Translations under genes and position numbers: made by a program
The notes under the pieces: model-generated
What the model was told of the DNA's origin: nothing
The model's database searches: none
What the model saw: only the letters and a program-made list of their open reading frames with translations
In this document: piece after piece, positions 23,701-31,769 of the stretch
Numbering within the stretch: position 1 is the stretch's first letter
Layout of the letters: every line of letters starts with the position of its first letter
Source of the DNA: Candidatus Omnitrophota bacterium
Lineage (GTDB): Bacteria > Omnitrophota > Gorgyraeia > Aquiviventales > Aquiviventaceae
DNA: 64,000 nucleotides
Assembly: GCA_016198905.1 (NCBI GenBank)
Contig: JACQHR010000032.1
Span: forward strand, 74,390 to 138,389
Direction of reading: 5' to 3'

Positions 23701-26383
23701 CGACTATGGCGATACGCGGACGTGGTATCGCAAGGACGCTTACGACAAATCCTACGACGACTGGGGCTGGCACCCGGAGGGCCGCTGGGGCTGGCACAAC
23801 TGCGAGGCGGTGGGCAGCCACGGGGGCGCGCTGATGAGCTTCCTGCGGACGCAGGAGCTCAAGTACTTCCGCTTCGGCGAGGCGAAGGCGCGCCACGTGA
23901 TGGACGTCGACACCGTCCACTACGATACGATTGCCAACGACTCGCGGCTTTCGCGCAAGCTCTCGGATGAGTTCTCGAAGGTCGGCTCCATGCACCGCCA
24001 CAACGCCTATCACTGGGGCGGGCGCAACGAGGAGGCCACGCACACGAACGTCGCCGGGCTGCTCCTCTACTACTATCTCACCGGCTATGAGCGCGCGCTG
24101 GATGTCGCGAAGGAAGCCGGCGGCTTCATGCTGTTTGATCCGGTGACCTACACCAAGCATCCGGACATCGCCCCCTCGCGCGCGATCGGCAACGTGCTCT
24201 GGAACGATACACTCCTCTTTGAAGCCACCGGCGAGCGGCGCTACCGCACCGCGGCCGAGCGGTGGGTGCGCGTGCTGCTCAAAGGCCAGCAGAAAGACGG
24301 CACGTGGCTGGAGACGTACAATCCGCGCAACGGCACCTGGTACGGCGATGTCAAGACGAACTACCTCTGCTACCACGTGCTGCCGGCGCTCATCGCCTAC
24401 CACCGCCTGACCGGCAACCCGGCCGTCGCCCAGGCGATTGTGATGGGCACCAATGCGATGATCGCCAAGGAGCCGTACCTGCAGTTCTTCGACGCGCTGG
24501 CCTACAGCTTTCTCATCACGGGCAAGGGCGAGTACGTTGATGAAGGGCTGCGGCGAGCGATGGCGCTGTATCGGTCGCAGCGGCGCGATGAAGATCCGGC
24601 GTTCAACGGCACCGTTTTTGAGAAGGCAACCTATGACCGTGTGGGGCCGATCCTGTATTCCGTGCCGTTTGCCATCGGCGCGATGGACGCGACGGATTTT
24701 CCAACGCTGGAGCAGTCCTTCCAACCCCCATCACGACCAACGAGCACGCCTCCTCGCTCGACACAGACCAGTCAGCAGGCTTCCCCCACAGCCACCGCGC
24801 AGACCGGCGCATCCTATGAAGTGCTTGTCGTCCCGTCGATGGAAAAAGTGTTTCCTCAGGATCAGCGGCCGGCGAGCGCGCACAGCAATCCGGCGGTGCT
24901 GGCACTCGCCCGCAACGAATATGAGTCCGTCCAGCTCGTGCTACGAGCCAGCGCCCCGCTGGAACAGGTGACGGTTGAGACGCACGATCTGACGCGCACC
25001 GACGGCACGGGTGTCATTCCTCGTGACGCGCTGACGTGGTTTCCGGTCGGGTTTGTGAAGACGAGGCAGCCGGACTATGACGTCTCGCGCGTGGGCTGGT
25101 GGCCTGATCCGTTGCTCGATCCAACACCGTTTGCCGTCCAGGCAGGATGGTGGCAGCCGATGTGGCTGACGGTGTACGCAGCCCCCGGCACGCCTGCAGG
25201 AGAGTACACGGGCACCGTGACGATCCGGCCAGGCAATGCGCCGCCCAAAGACGTCGAGGTGAAGGTGCGGGTGTGGGATTTCGACTTGCCGGCGACCCCG
25301 ACGCTCAAAAGCGCGTTTGACGTCTATCCGGCGAGAATCGACAGCGCCTACCGCCAATTCTTTCCGCAGTGGTGGCCGCGCGTGCAGGGACGGACCGCGC
25401 AGCTGACGCAGTGGATCGATGACGACCTCCTTCGCCATCGTCTGGCACCGATGCTCAACGCGGATCTCCAGCGGCCCGAGACGATGAGCGAGCTGCGGCG
25501 CCTGCGCGCGAAGGGGCTGAGCGCATTCGCCATCGGTCGCTACAGCGGCAGCTTCGACAACAACTGGCCCACGGACGGCACGCAGCTCGAGCAGCTCCAA
25601 CCCGTGTACCGGGCGTATGGCTACCAGCTGCGCGACGCCAAGCTGATCGATCGGCACTACATCTATACGTACGATGAACCGGCGCCGGGGCTGCCGCATG
25701 TCGCCGCAGTCGCGCACATGGTGCACGACGCGGATCCGCAACTGAAGAACCTGGTAACACTCGGCGCGCCGATGGATGTGACAGCGCTCGCCGGGTGGTT
25801 GAAGGACATCGATATCGTCTGCCTGCGCAACGTGATCGCGCAGTCGGAATCGATCCGCGCCCTGCAGCAGATGGGCAAAGAAGTCTGGCTCTACGTCTCC
25901 GGGCCGAAGCCGCCGTATCCGACGCTGGTGATCGATTATCCGTCGCTGGCCTATCGCATCCTGCCGTGGATGTGCTGGAAGTACGGCATCCGCGGACTGC
26001 TCTATTGGAGCGTCAATTACTGGACGACGAACCCGTACGAGCAGCCGATGAATACGCCGTGGCAACAAAACGGCAACGGCTCGTTGTACTATCCAGGACC
26101 CGAGGGCCCGCGCCCGTCGCTGCGGCTGGAAGTGCTGCGCGATGGGATGGAGGACTACGAGTATCTGTCCCGGTTGCGCGAGTTGATCCAATCAGCGAAG
26201 GCCGGCGGGCGCATCGATGCCGCGACGTTGGCCCGGGCGGAACAGTTGGTGAACGTGAATGACGGGTTCGTGGAGTCGCTGCGCGTCTACTCGAATGATC
26301 CCGCGGTGCTGTTGGCGCAGCGTCAGGCGATTGCAGAGATGATCGAGAAGCTCCAAAACATACTGAAGGGGCAAGGGGCATGA
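20714..26383 (+). CDS. Giant membrane-anchored multidomain protein: metallophosphoesterase + polysaccharide lyase/hydrolase-like region + DUF4091-like domain
   Basis: Two N-terminal hydrophobic helices. Phosphoesterase motifs: QITDLHIT, ITGDLIND, VPGNTDN, LLAHSPD, GHTHGGQ. A long beta/alpha-toroid-like middle region (tentatively PcRGLX/YetA-like). P/S/T/Q linker (PPSRPTSTPPRSTQTSQQASPTATAQ). C-terminal WWPDPL...LLYWSVNYW (DUF4091/GH123-like). ATGA overlap at the start. Stop lies inside the E12 left arm. Confidence 0.7.
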   Translation: MNVIKLLKLAFVAAHAGVIGLVILRAWSLSLAESRAVAGRFLRVALTRLLLVVMVELSPYVYARFVEPNMVVVTRLRVAQDQLAHALGGRRVVQITDLHITTIGARERRLIQRVNRQRPDWIVITGDLINDAAGWRAALEVIGRLKATQGIWVVPGNTDNAILSPDSFAQGLAGVNAKVLRNSRIRMAETDAWLVGVDDPVERRDSLDEALKGMDRSAPPPMILLAHSPDILDAAVAARIPLVLVGHTHGGQLGIPWLRRLSSYADRGPYVGGGRYHVEQTTMYVNRGIGWKEIPHRFLAPPEVLVIEFRPQGKRAAPTAESPPVRAEVWLSDFERDGEEAVLWNVFNAFATHSREHASHGQACAKVTLKAGFSSSYALEDDFLTRDPARRDWTRDEALAFDVYNAQSVPEPLIVRIRDDGKGLYEETITLPSRVPHTVTLSLADLSRSLDLSRVSGLALLRKDSTHDVVLYLDAVRLLPRRAGAPASGVSTGAATEEPSALEDAAVTPHMLGRWHFEHDLVSRWRAADPATGRSVVRVPLTVVGPQMPLSVGQPIAGGIPFAMGQLAANAAIRVHDMNGAVWPAQTRPLAVWEDGSVKWLLVTAQVPMTARSRQLWLEYGEPVAADPAPQPRVRVDDTPQAVTVTTGPLRFTVSRRHFTLFDSTFVDRNRDGVFAEAERLASAGDLVLKRGDTEFRSSRDTVSYMLQVEEAGPVRATLKASGWFRDAAGRGFCQFTVRLQAFAGLPQVRVYHTFIYTGYPANLYNPNYEGIKLPANETIQDISLELPVTLGATTQLITADEQGLVTAPLTNPTSISQLAHDAYQIRQQGAASPLRAGAHHEGWLLMQDSNAGVMVGVRDAWQQYPKAFEVDAASRRLIVRLWPSSAGDLNLETGADAYGPDAVARGSAFGLAKTHELWVGFLGAVIDGSTARALAGLWQEPWLLSAHPAWVQDTDALGTVGPAEMDRFPEQEAMLEDVFGWAKRQPQRFDWYGMLDYGDTRTWYRKDAYDKSYDDWGWHPEGRWGWHNCEAVGSHGGALMSFLRTQELKYFRFGEAKARHVMDVDTVHYDTIANDSRLSRKLSDEFSKVGSMHRHNAYHWGGRNEEATHTNVAGLLLYYYLTGYERALDVAKEAGGFMLFDPVTYTKHPDIAPSRAIGNVLWNDTLLFEATGERRYRTAAERWVRVLLKGQQKDGTWLETYNPRNGTWYGDVKTNYLCYHVLPALIAYHRLTGNPAVAQAIVMGTNAMIAKEPYLQFFDALAYSFLITGKGEYVDEGLRRAMALYRSQRRDEDPAFNGTVFEKATYDRVGPILYSVPFAIGAMDATDFPTLEQSFQPPSRPTSTPPRSTQTSQQASPTATAQTGASYEVLVVPSMEKVFPQDQRPASAHSNPAVLALARNEYESVQLVLRASAPLEQVTVETHDLTRTDGTGVIPRDALTWFPVGFVKTRQPDYDVSRVGWWPDPLLDPTPFAVQAGWWQPMWLTVYAAPGTPAGEYTGTVTIRPGNAPPKDVEVKVRVWDFDLPATPTLKSAFDVYPARIDSAYRQFFPQWWPRVQGRTAQLTQWIDDDLLRHRLAPMLNADLQRPETMSELRRLRAKGLSAFAIGRYSGSFDNNWPTDGTQLEQLQPVYRAYGYQLRDAKLIDRHYIYTYDEPAPGLPHVAAVAHMVHDADPQLKNLVTLGAPMDVTALAGWLKDIDIVCLRNVIAQSESIRALQQMGKEVWLYVSGPKPPYPTLVIDYPSLAYRILPWMCWKYGIRGLLYWSVNYWTTNPYEQPMNTPWQQNGNGSLYYPGPEGPRPSLRLEVLRDGMEDYEYLSRLRELIQSAKAGGRIDAATLARAEQLVNVNDGFVESLRVYSNDPAVLLAQRQAIAEMIEKLQNILKGQGA

Positions 26384-26456
26384 GACGCGGGGCAGGAAAA
26401 ACCAAATTTGGTATTGAGGATTTTCCCACGCCCCGTGCCCCCGTCTCCCGCCCCTT
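26366..26456 (+). repeat. E12: palindromic element at the giant-protein / deacetylase junction
   Basis: Left AAGGGGCAAGGGGCATGAGACGCGGGGCAGG. The loop has a GGAAAA...TTTTCC clamp and an internal CCAAATTTGG palindrome. Right CACGCCCCGTGCCCCCGTCTCCCGCCCCTT. Confidence 0.85.
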
Positions 26457-26476
26457 AGTCTAGAGGAGTCTAATCG

Positions 26477-27265
26477 ATGCGCATTGTAGCGCTAACCTTT
26501 CACGATATTGTTCCTAACGGCAACGACGCCGCGATCAAGAGCGATGAGTTCTACCGCATCACCACGAGTGAATTCGAGAAGCTCCTCTCACAGTTGCGCA
26601 AGCTCGGCTATCAAACGGTCAGCTCCCGCACGTTTCGCGCCTGGCAGCAAGGCTCAGGCACGCTGCCCGAGCGCACCGTCGTCCTCACGTTCGATGACGG
26701 CCACGCGAATCATTTCGAGCTCGTCGCGCCGTTGCTGGTGCGATATCGATTCACCGGCACGTTCTTCGTCACGAGCGGATTCATCGGCACACCCGGCTAT
26801 ATGAATTGGGAGCAGCTGCGCAAGCTCGTGTTCCTCGGCATGGAGATCGGCTCGCATGGCGCCACCCATCGGCCGCTGACGCAACTAGCTCGCGCGGCAG
26901 TGGTCGACGAGCTTGCGTCATCGAAGACGCTCTTGGAGCAGCGGCTGGGCATTCCGGTTCAGGCGATGGCAGCACCCGGCGGGTTCTGGAATCACACCAT
27001 AGCCGATGCGTCCAAAGAGGCGGGCTACGAGGCGGTGTGGGTCTCGACGATCGGCACGAACGGCAAGGAGACGAGCCCGCTGGCGTTGCGCCGCGTCGTC
27101 GTGCGGCAGCCGTTTTCCGTCGAGCGGATCGTGGCGATGGTCGAGGGCTGGCAACCGGCCTTCTGGTGGGCGGCGAATCAACAATTGCTCATTCGGCTGC
27201 TCAAGCGCGTCCTCGGCGTCTATTGGTACGAACAACTCAAGCGCCGCCTCGTTCCCAATGCCTAG
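26477..27265 (+). CDS. Polysaccharide deacetylase (CE4/NodB-type), paralog 2, without element insertion
   Basis: LTFDDGHANH, GSHGATH and APGGFWN motifs. Confidence 0.85.
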   Translation: MRIVALTFHDIVPNGNDAAIKSDEFYRITTSEFEKLLSQLRKLGYQTVSSRTFRAWQQGSGTLPERTVVLTFDDGHANHFELVAPLLVRYRFTGTFFVTSGFIGTPGYMNWEQLRKLVFLGMEIGSHGATHRPLTQLARAAVVDELASSKTLLEQRLGIPVQAMAAPGGFWNHTIADASKEAGYEAVWVSTIGTNGKETSPLALRRVVVRQPFSVERIVAMVEGWQPAFWWAANQQLLIRLLKRVLGVYWYEQLKRRLVPNA

Positions 27266-27341
27266 AGGGAGCGTGGGGCGTGGGGCGTGGGGCGTGGGAA
27301 AACCGCTTTTCCCTCGCCCCCCATCTCCTGTCCCTTGCCCC
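27266..27341 (+). repeat. E13: palindromic element at the deacetylase / GT2 junction
   Basis: Left AGGGA + (GCGTGGG)x4. Inner clamp GGGAAAA-CCGC-TTTTCCC (27296-27313). Right CTCGCCCCCCATCTCCTGTCCCTTGCCCC, which is close to the reverse complement of the E10-type G-arm. Confidence 0.85.
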
Positions 27342-27349
27342 AATCTGTG

Positions 27350-28483
27350 ATGATCTTCATGTGTTGGTTGTCGCTTGCCACCCTAAGTTACATCTACGCG
27401 GGCTATCCGCTCCTCGTCTGGCTGCTCGCGCATCTCTTTGGACGCGAGCCGCAGCGTCGGGAAATCACGCCGACGGTGTCGCTGCTCATTCCCGCCTATA
27501 ACGAGGACGCGCACCTCGAGCGCAAGCTGCGCAACAGCCTCGCGCTCGACTACCCCAAACATCTTCTTGAGATCACCGTCGCCAGCGACGGCTCGACCGA
27601 CCGGACCGATGCGATCGCGCAGTCCTTTCACGCGCAGGGCGTGGCACTCATGCGCATGCCCTCCAACGTCGGCAAATCCGCGATGCTCAACGCGGTCGTG
27701 CCGCATCTGCGCGGCGAGATCGTGGTCTTTTCCGACGCGTCAGGCGATCTGGAACCGGATGCGCTGCGGCGGCTCTTACGAAATTTTGCCGATCCGCGCG
27801 TGGGCTGCGTCTCCGGGCTGTATCGTCTGCGCGCGACGGGTAGCGATCTGCGCGGAGAAGGCGAAGGGCTGTATTGGACGTATGAGACGTTCATCAAAGA
27901 GCAGGAAAGCCGGCTGCATTCGATTCTCGGCGCGCACGGGGCGTTCTACGCGATCCGCGCCGCGCTGTTTCAGCCGCTGCGCGATGGTGCGATCAACGAC
28001 GACTATTTAATTCCCATGCAGGTCGTCGCCCAGGGTTATCGAGCGGTGTACGAGCCCGAAGCCAAAGCGTGGGAACACGAGACCGCGTCGGTTGAGAGCG
28101 AGTTTGCCCGTCGACGGCGCATCGCGGCCGGAAACTGCCAGCAAATCGTCGAACTGCGGCGTCTCTTTCATCCTCGCTATGGATGGGTGGCGTTGACGTT
28201 TTTCTCACACAAAGTGCTGCGCACGCTCGCACCACTCTTCATGATCACGCTGCTCCTCTCCAGTGCGTGGCTGCCGCGGCCATGGGCGACGCTGATGCTC
28301 GGACTACAGGCCGTGTTCTACGGCAGCGCGTGGATCGGCTACATCTGTCAGCGACGCGGCCATGCCGTGAAGTGGCTTTCACCGTCGCTCTACTTCTGCC
28401 TGGGCAACCTCGCCATGCTCGCCGGAGTGCTCGCCTACTGCCTCGCTCCCCAGCACGTCGTCTGGGGACGTCCTCGCTCGTAA
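27350..28483 (+). CDS. Membrane-bound glycosyltransferase family 2 (processive synthase-like)
   Basis: N-terminal TM, VSLLIPAYNED, VASDGSTDRT, VFSDAS and RRRIAAG (QxxRW-position variant), then C-terminal TM helices. Start at internal ATG 27350, just after E13. Confidence 0.8.
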   Translation: MIFMCWLSLATLSYIYAGYPLLVWLLAHLFGREPQRREITPTVSLLIPAYNEDAHLERKLRNSLALDYPKHLLEITVASDGSTDRTDAIAQSFHAQGVALMRMPSNVGKSAMLNAVVPHLRGEIVVFSDASGDLEPDALRRLLRNFADPRVGCVSGLYRLRATGSDLRGEGEGLYWTYETFIKEQESRLHSILGAHGAFYAIRAALFQPLRDGAINDDYLIPMQVVAQGYRAVYEPEAKAWEHETASVESEFARRRRIAAGNCQQIVELRRLFHPRYGWVALTFFSHKVLRTLAPLFMITLLLSSAWLPRPWATLMLGLQAVFYGSAWIGYICQRRGHAVKWLSPSLYFCLGNLAMLAGVLAYCLAPQHVVWGRPRS

Positions 28484-28679
28484 CGCACCGTCGAACCTTT
28501 CGATTGTTCCAAGCTCCGCTGCGCGCCCGACCGCCATCTAGCCAATCGATCTGCTGAACTTGTTTGTGTGACTGGATATTAGGTACACTCTTCTTAGTTG
28601 TGGTAACTCTCTGTATAAACTACCACTCACAAAAATCCACAGAATCGAAGCAGAAGATGGCTTTCCTTGGAGGGCAGGG

Positions 28680-31313
28680 ATGAGCGTACGCCGCCGATCG
28701 CTCGGCTGGACGATCGCATTAGTTGCAGTGCTCGTGGCGCCTCGCTGTGTAGTCGGTGTCGCGGCGGACGACACTCGACTTTCCGCCAAACAGGAGATCG
28801 CTTTCGAGGCTTCTGGATTAGCAGGACCCGATGAATCAGCAGATGAAAGCGACCGTCGGGGCATGCATCAGTGGTTTCTCGAGCAGCGGCTCGGCACCGA
28901 GGAAATTTTCCCAGAGAACTACCGCCTCAATGTATATCAGCAGGCAGCAGCATCCTTTGGCCCCCAACTCCAAGATCACTTCGCAGCTCTCACGAGGAGC
29001 GCCGCGGTTGCCACAGCACCCCGAGCTGTACCCGTTTACGCCAACAGCCGGCTTGCATGGCGGGCGATCGGACCAAGCCCAGAATATCGTTATTATGACG
29101 GGTTGCCGGTCGCCAACACCGGGCGCGTCGATGCCATCGCGGTGCATCCCAGAGATACGCAGACCATCTACCTTGGCGCCCACACTGGCGGCGTCTGGAA
29201 GACGACGAATGGCGGTTCAACGTGGACACCGCTCACGGATGAGATGCCGGATTTGAACGTCAACGCACTCGCCGTGGACCCGCAGAGCCCTGAGACGATC
29301 TACTGGGGCCTTGGGGATGATTTCGTACGGGTGGCGGGCCTGAAACTGCTCAAGTCCATCAATGGAGGATTGACCTGGTCGTACCTGCCGCTGGCGTTCA
29401 GCCCCTATGCGAATGTTACTAAGATCCAAGTGCATCCCCGGAAGAGCGACGTCGTGTATGTAGCGGCTGATGGCATCTACAAGACGGAGGATAGCGGTAT
29501 GAGTTGGACGCGAATCCTCGCAGCCTCAAGCGTACACGATATCTGCACTTTCGCGCTCCATCCGCGTTTTCCCAGAATCCTCTATGCGGGTTGTCCCCAC
29601 CAAGGGTTCTTCCGCTCCTCGAATGGTGGCGCCTCCTGGACGCCTCTGACCCAGTTGCCCAGTACTAATCTCGGAATCATCTACGGGATCGATTTCTCCC
29701 CGTCAACACCTAGCGTCATCTATATCTTCGCAAGTGCGTTCTATCCCGGCATCGAACATGGCTGGTACCGCTCTACGGACGATGGGGTCACATGGAGTGT
29801 ACGCAAGTTCCCAACAGCCACGGCGTGCGGAGTACTGAACGGTGAGGGATACGCGGCCATTGCCGTGCATCCTGCATCCCCGGATCGAGTGTATGTTGCC
29901 GGCGCGCCGCTCTGCCTGACGACAGACGGAGGTGAAACCTGGACATCCCTGAACAAGTTGCAGCAACCACCTCCAATGATCCACGCGGATGTCAGAGCAC
30001 TCACTGTGGATTCACGCACTGGACGCGTCTACATTGGTACCGATGGAGGCCCTTGGCGATCCGACGAAGCAGGAGCGGCGTTCAGCCACCTCAATAACTC
30101 TCCTCTGCAAATTGCGCAGTTTTACACGTTGGGGCTGAGCGAAGCAAGACCCTCTCAGATATTCGGAGGAACGCAGGACAATGGTAACATCTATGTCGAT
30201 CGTCGAGCTGGGCTGCGGGGGGAGGGCTTCAATGGCGCCGATGGAGGCTTCGTTGTTGTTGACCCTGACGAGTCTGATATCGTCTATGCTGAGAGTCAGA
30301 ATGGCGCCGGCCTCAGCCAGTGCAACTTACAGATACCGCGCGGAGCCTCTCGATGCCAGTTGTTTAGGACAGGTATCGGGGAGTACGGCGCCTGGATGCA
30401 GCCACTCATCATGAGCCCGTTCGATCGTGAGACGTTGTATACAGCCACATCGTATGTGTACCAGCGAAGGCCTGGCGCAACTTCTTGGTACCCCATCAGC
30501 TCAAAGTTCGGGTCATCGCCGGTCACCTGGCTGGCTGCAGATCCGACAGATCCAGCGATTCTCTACGCTATCCAGGGAAGATCTGTATTCCGGAAAACAT
30601 CGGGTTCGGACTGGACGAACATTCGTCCAGAAACAGTTGGAGGCTATCGCGCCGCCACGAGCCTTGTGGTCAATCCGAGAGACCCCAGGACACTGTATCT
30701 GACCATCTCCGGGTTCATCAGTAGGGGTTCCACGACGACTCCCGGGCACGTGTTCAAGAGTCGCGATCGAGGAGCAACGTGGGAAGACATTACCGGCAAT
30801 CTGCCCGACATGCCGGTGAATACGTTGCTACTGCACCCAGATGACCCAGCACAGCTCCTCGTGGGGACAGACTTTGGGGTCTTCGTGACGACGAACGGGG
30901 GACAAGCCTGGCAAAAGTCGCGGGGGATCCCCAACGTGATCGTCACCGCGCTGGGCCTGACGAAGGACCGATATGTCACAGCGGCGACGTTCGGCCGAGG
31001 ACTGTTCAGTGCGCCGCTAGTCGATCTTCATAGCCCACCCCTGGTGAGCCTCGTCATCAATCCGTTGCAGGGTGGCGACCAAGTCCAGGGAGTCGTTACG
31101 ATACGGGCGGACATCGACAGTACGCTGCGGATCCGGCGGACCCAATTTTGGCTCGACGGGAAACGGATGGCGACCGTCAGGAAGGCTCCGTACACGTGGA
31201 CATGGGACACGTCAACGGCCGCCCGCGGGCCACACACGATAGAGGCCAGAGCCTATGAGGTCGATGGCGACCAAGGAAAAGCTTCAAGAAAGGTGATAGT
31301 CATTGGACCCTAA
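28680..31313 (+). CDS. Secreted BNR/Asp-box repeat beta-propeller protein with C-terminal Ig-like domain
   Basis: Signal peptide MSVRRRSLGWTIALVAVLVAP. At least 8 Asp-box motifs (NGGSTWTP, NGGLTWSY, DSGMSWTR, NGGASWTP, DDGVTWSV, DGGETWTS, DRGATWED, NGGQAWQK). The C-terminal Ig-like segment resembles the one in the next protein. Confidence 0.8.
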   Translation: MSVRRRSLGWTIALVAVLVAPRCVVGVAADDTRLSAKQEIAFEASGLAGPDESADESDRRGMHQWFLEQRLGTEEIFPENYRLNVYQQAAASFGPQLQDHFAALTRSAAVATAPRAVPVYANSRLAWRAIGPSPEYRYYDGLPVANTGRVDAIAVHPRDTQTIYLGAHTGGVWKTTNGGSTWTPLTDEMPDLNVNALAVDPQSPETIYWGLGDDFVRVAGLKLLKSINGGLTWSYLPLAFSPYANVTKIQVHPRKSDVVYVAADGIYKTEDSGMSWTRILAASSVHDICTFALHPRFPRILYAGCPHQGFFRSSNGGASWTPLTQLPSTNLGIIYGIDFSPSTPSVIYIFASAFYPGIEHGWYRSTDDGVTWSVRKFPTATACGVLNGEGYAAIAVHPASPDRVYVAGAPLCLTTDGGETWTSLNKLQQPPPMIHADVRALTVDSRTGRVYIGTDGGPWRSDEAGAAFSHLNNSPLQIAQFYTLGLSEARPSQIFGGTQDNGNIYVDRRAGLRGEGFNGADGGFVVVDPDESDIVYAESQNGAGLSQCNLQIPRGASRCQLFRTGIGEYGAWMQPLIMSPFDRETLYTATSYVYQRRPGATSWYPISSKFGSSPVTWLAADPTDPAILYAIQGRSVFRKTSGSDWTNIRPETVGGYRAATSLVVNPRDPRTLYLTISGFISRGSTTTPGHVFKSRDRGATWEDITGNLPDMPVNTLLLHPDDPAQLLVGTDFGVFVTTNGGQAWQKSRGIPNVIVTALGLTKDRYVTAATFGRGLFSAPLVDLHSPPLVSLVINPLQGGDQVQGVVTIRADIDSTLRIRRTQFWLDGKRMATVRKAPYTWTWDTSTAARGPHTIEARAYEVDGDQGKASRKVIVIGP

Positions 31314-31663
31314 GACTATTTGATCTATCGCAAGAACGGACGTATCAGGATTTGACGACGCAGACTGGCCTCACGTTACGTTTCCTCCAGAAGGAAATCC
31401 CTTCCTCGCAGCGATCCAGCCCGCACGCAGCCAGCTCAACTATCCGGTAGCAGCGCTAGCAACACCGTACGACTTTAGTTAAGGACAGCACAACCGTCCA
31501 TCGGTCTTCTCAGCGCGTCAACGGCTCAGGTATACTTCAGGTGATTTCCAATTCAAAAGGCCAGTACGGCCCCCACGGATATAACGGTGGGGCAGGCCGC
31601 GGACGCTGACTGAACTGAATCGCGCCGCAGTATCGCGCGAGACGCAGACTTCAGATACAGAGA

Positions 31664-31698
31664 GCCGGGCTACCGATTACGGTAGCTCGGCATTTTTT
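31664..31698 (+). terminator. Rho-independent terminator
   Basis: 12-bp stem GCCGGGCTACCG / CGGTAGCTCGGC (one G-U pair), ATTA tetraloop, then ATTTTTTG. Confidence 0.7.
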
Positions 31699-31769
31699 GT
31701 TGCGCGGCATCACATGCAAATGTAGCGGCACCTTCCGGGCATGCCGGCGGGTCAGAGAAGGGGGCGCAG

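Noticed and set aside
1273-27341. Could the repeated G-rich/C-rich units be a CRISPR array or a degenerate one?
   Set aside because: The units are 7 nt, directly tandem with no spacers, arranged as inverted arms, and scattered over 26 kb inside and between genes. No cas genes are present.
1273-27341. Elements as classical IS/transposon ends or integron attC sites.
   Set aside because: The window has no transposase or integrase, and I could find no clear target-site duplications. The arms are low-complexity heptamer arrays rather than unique terminal inverted repeats. A non-autonomous or RNA-level origin remains open.
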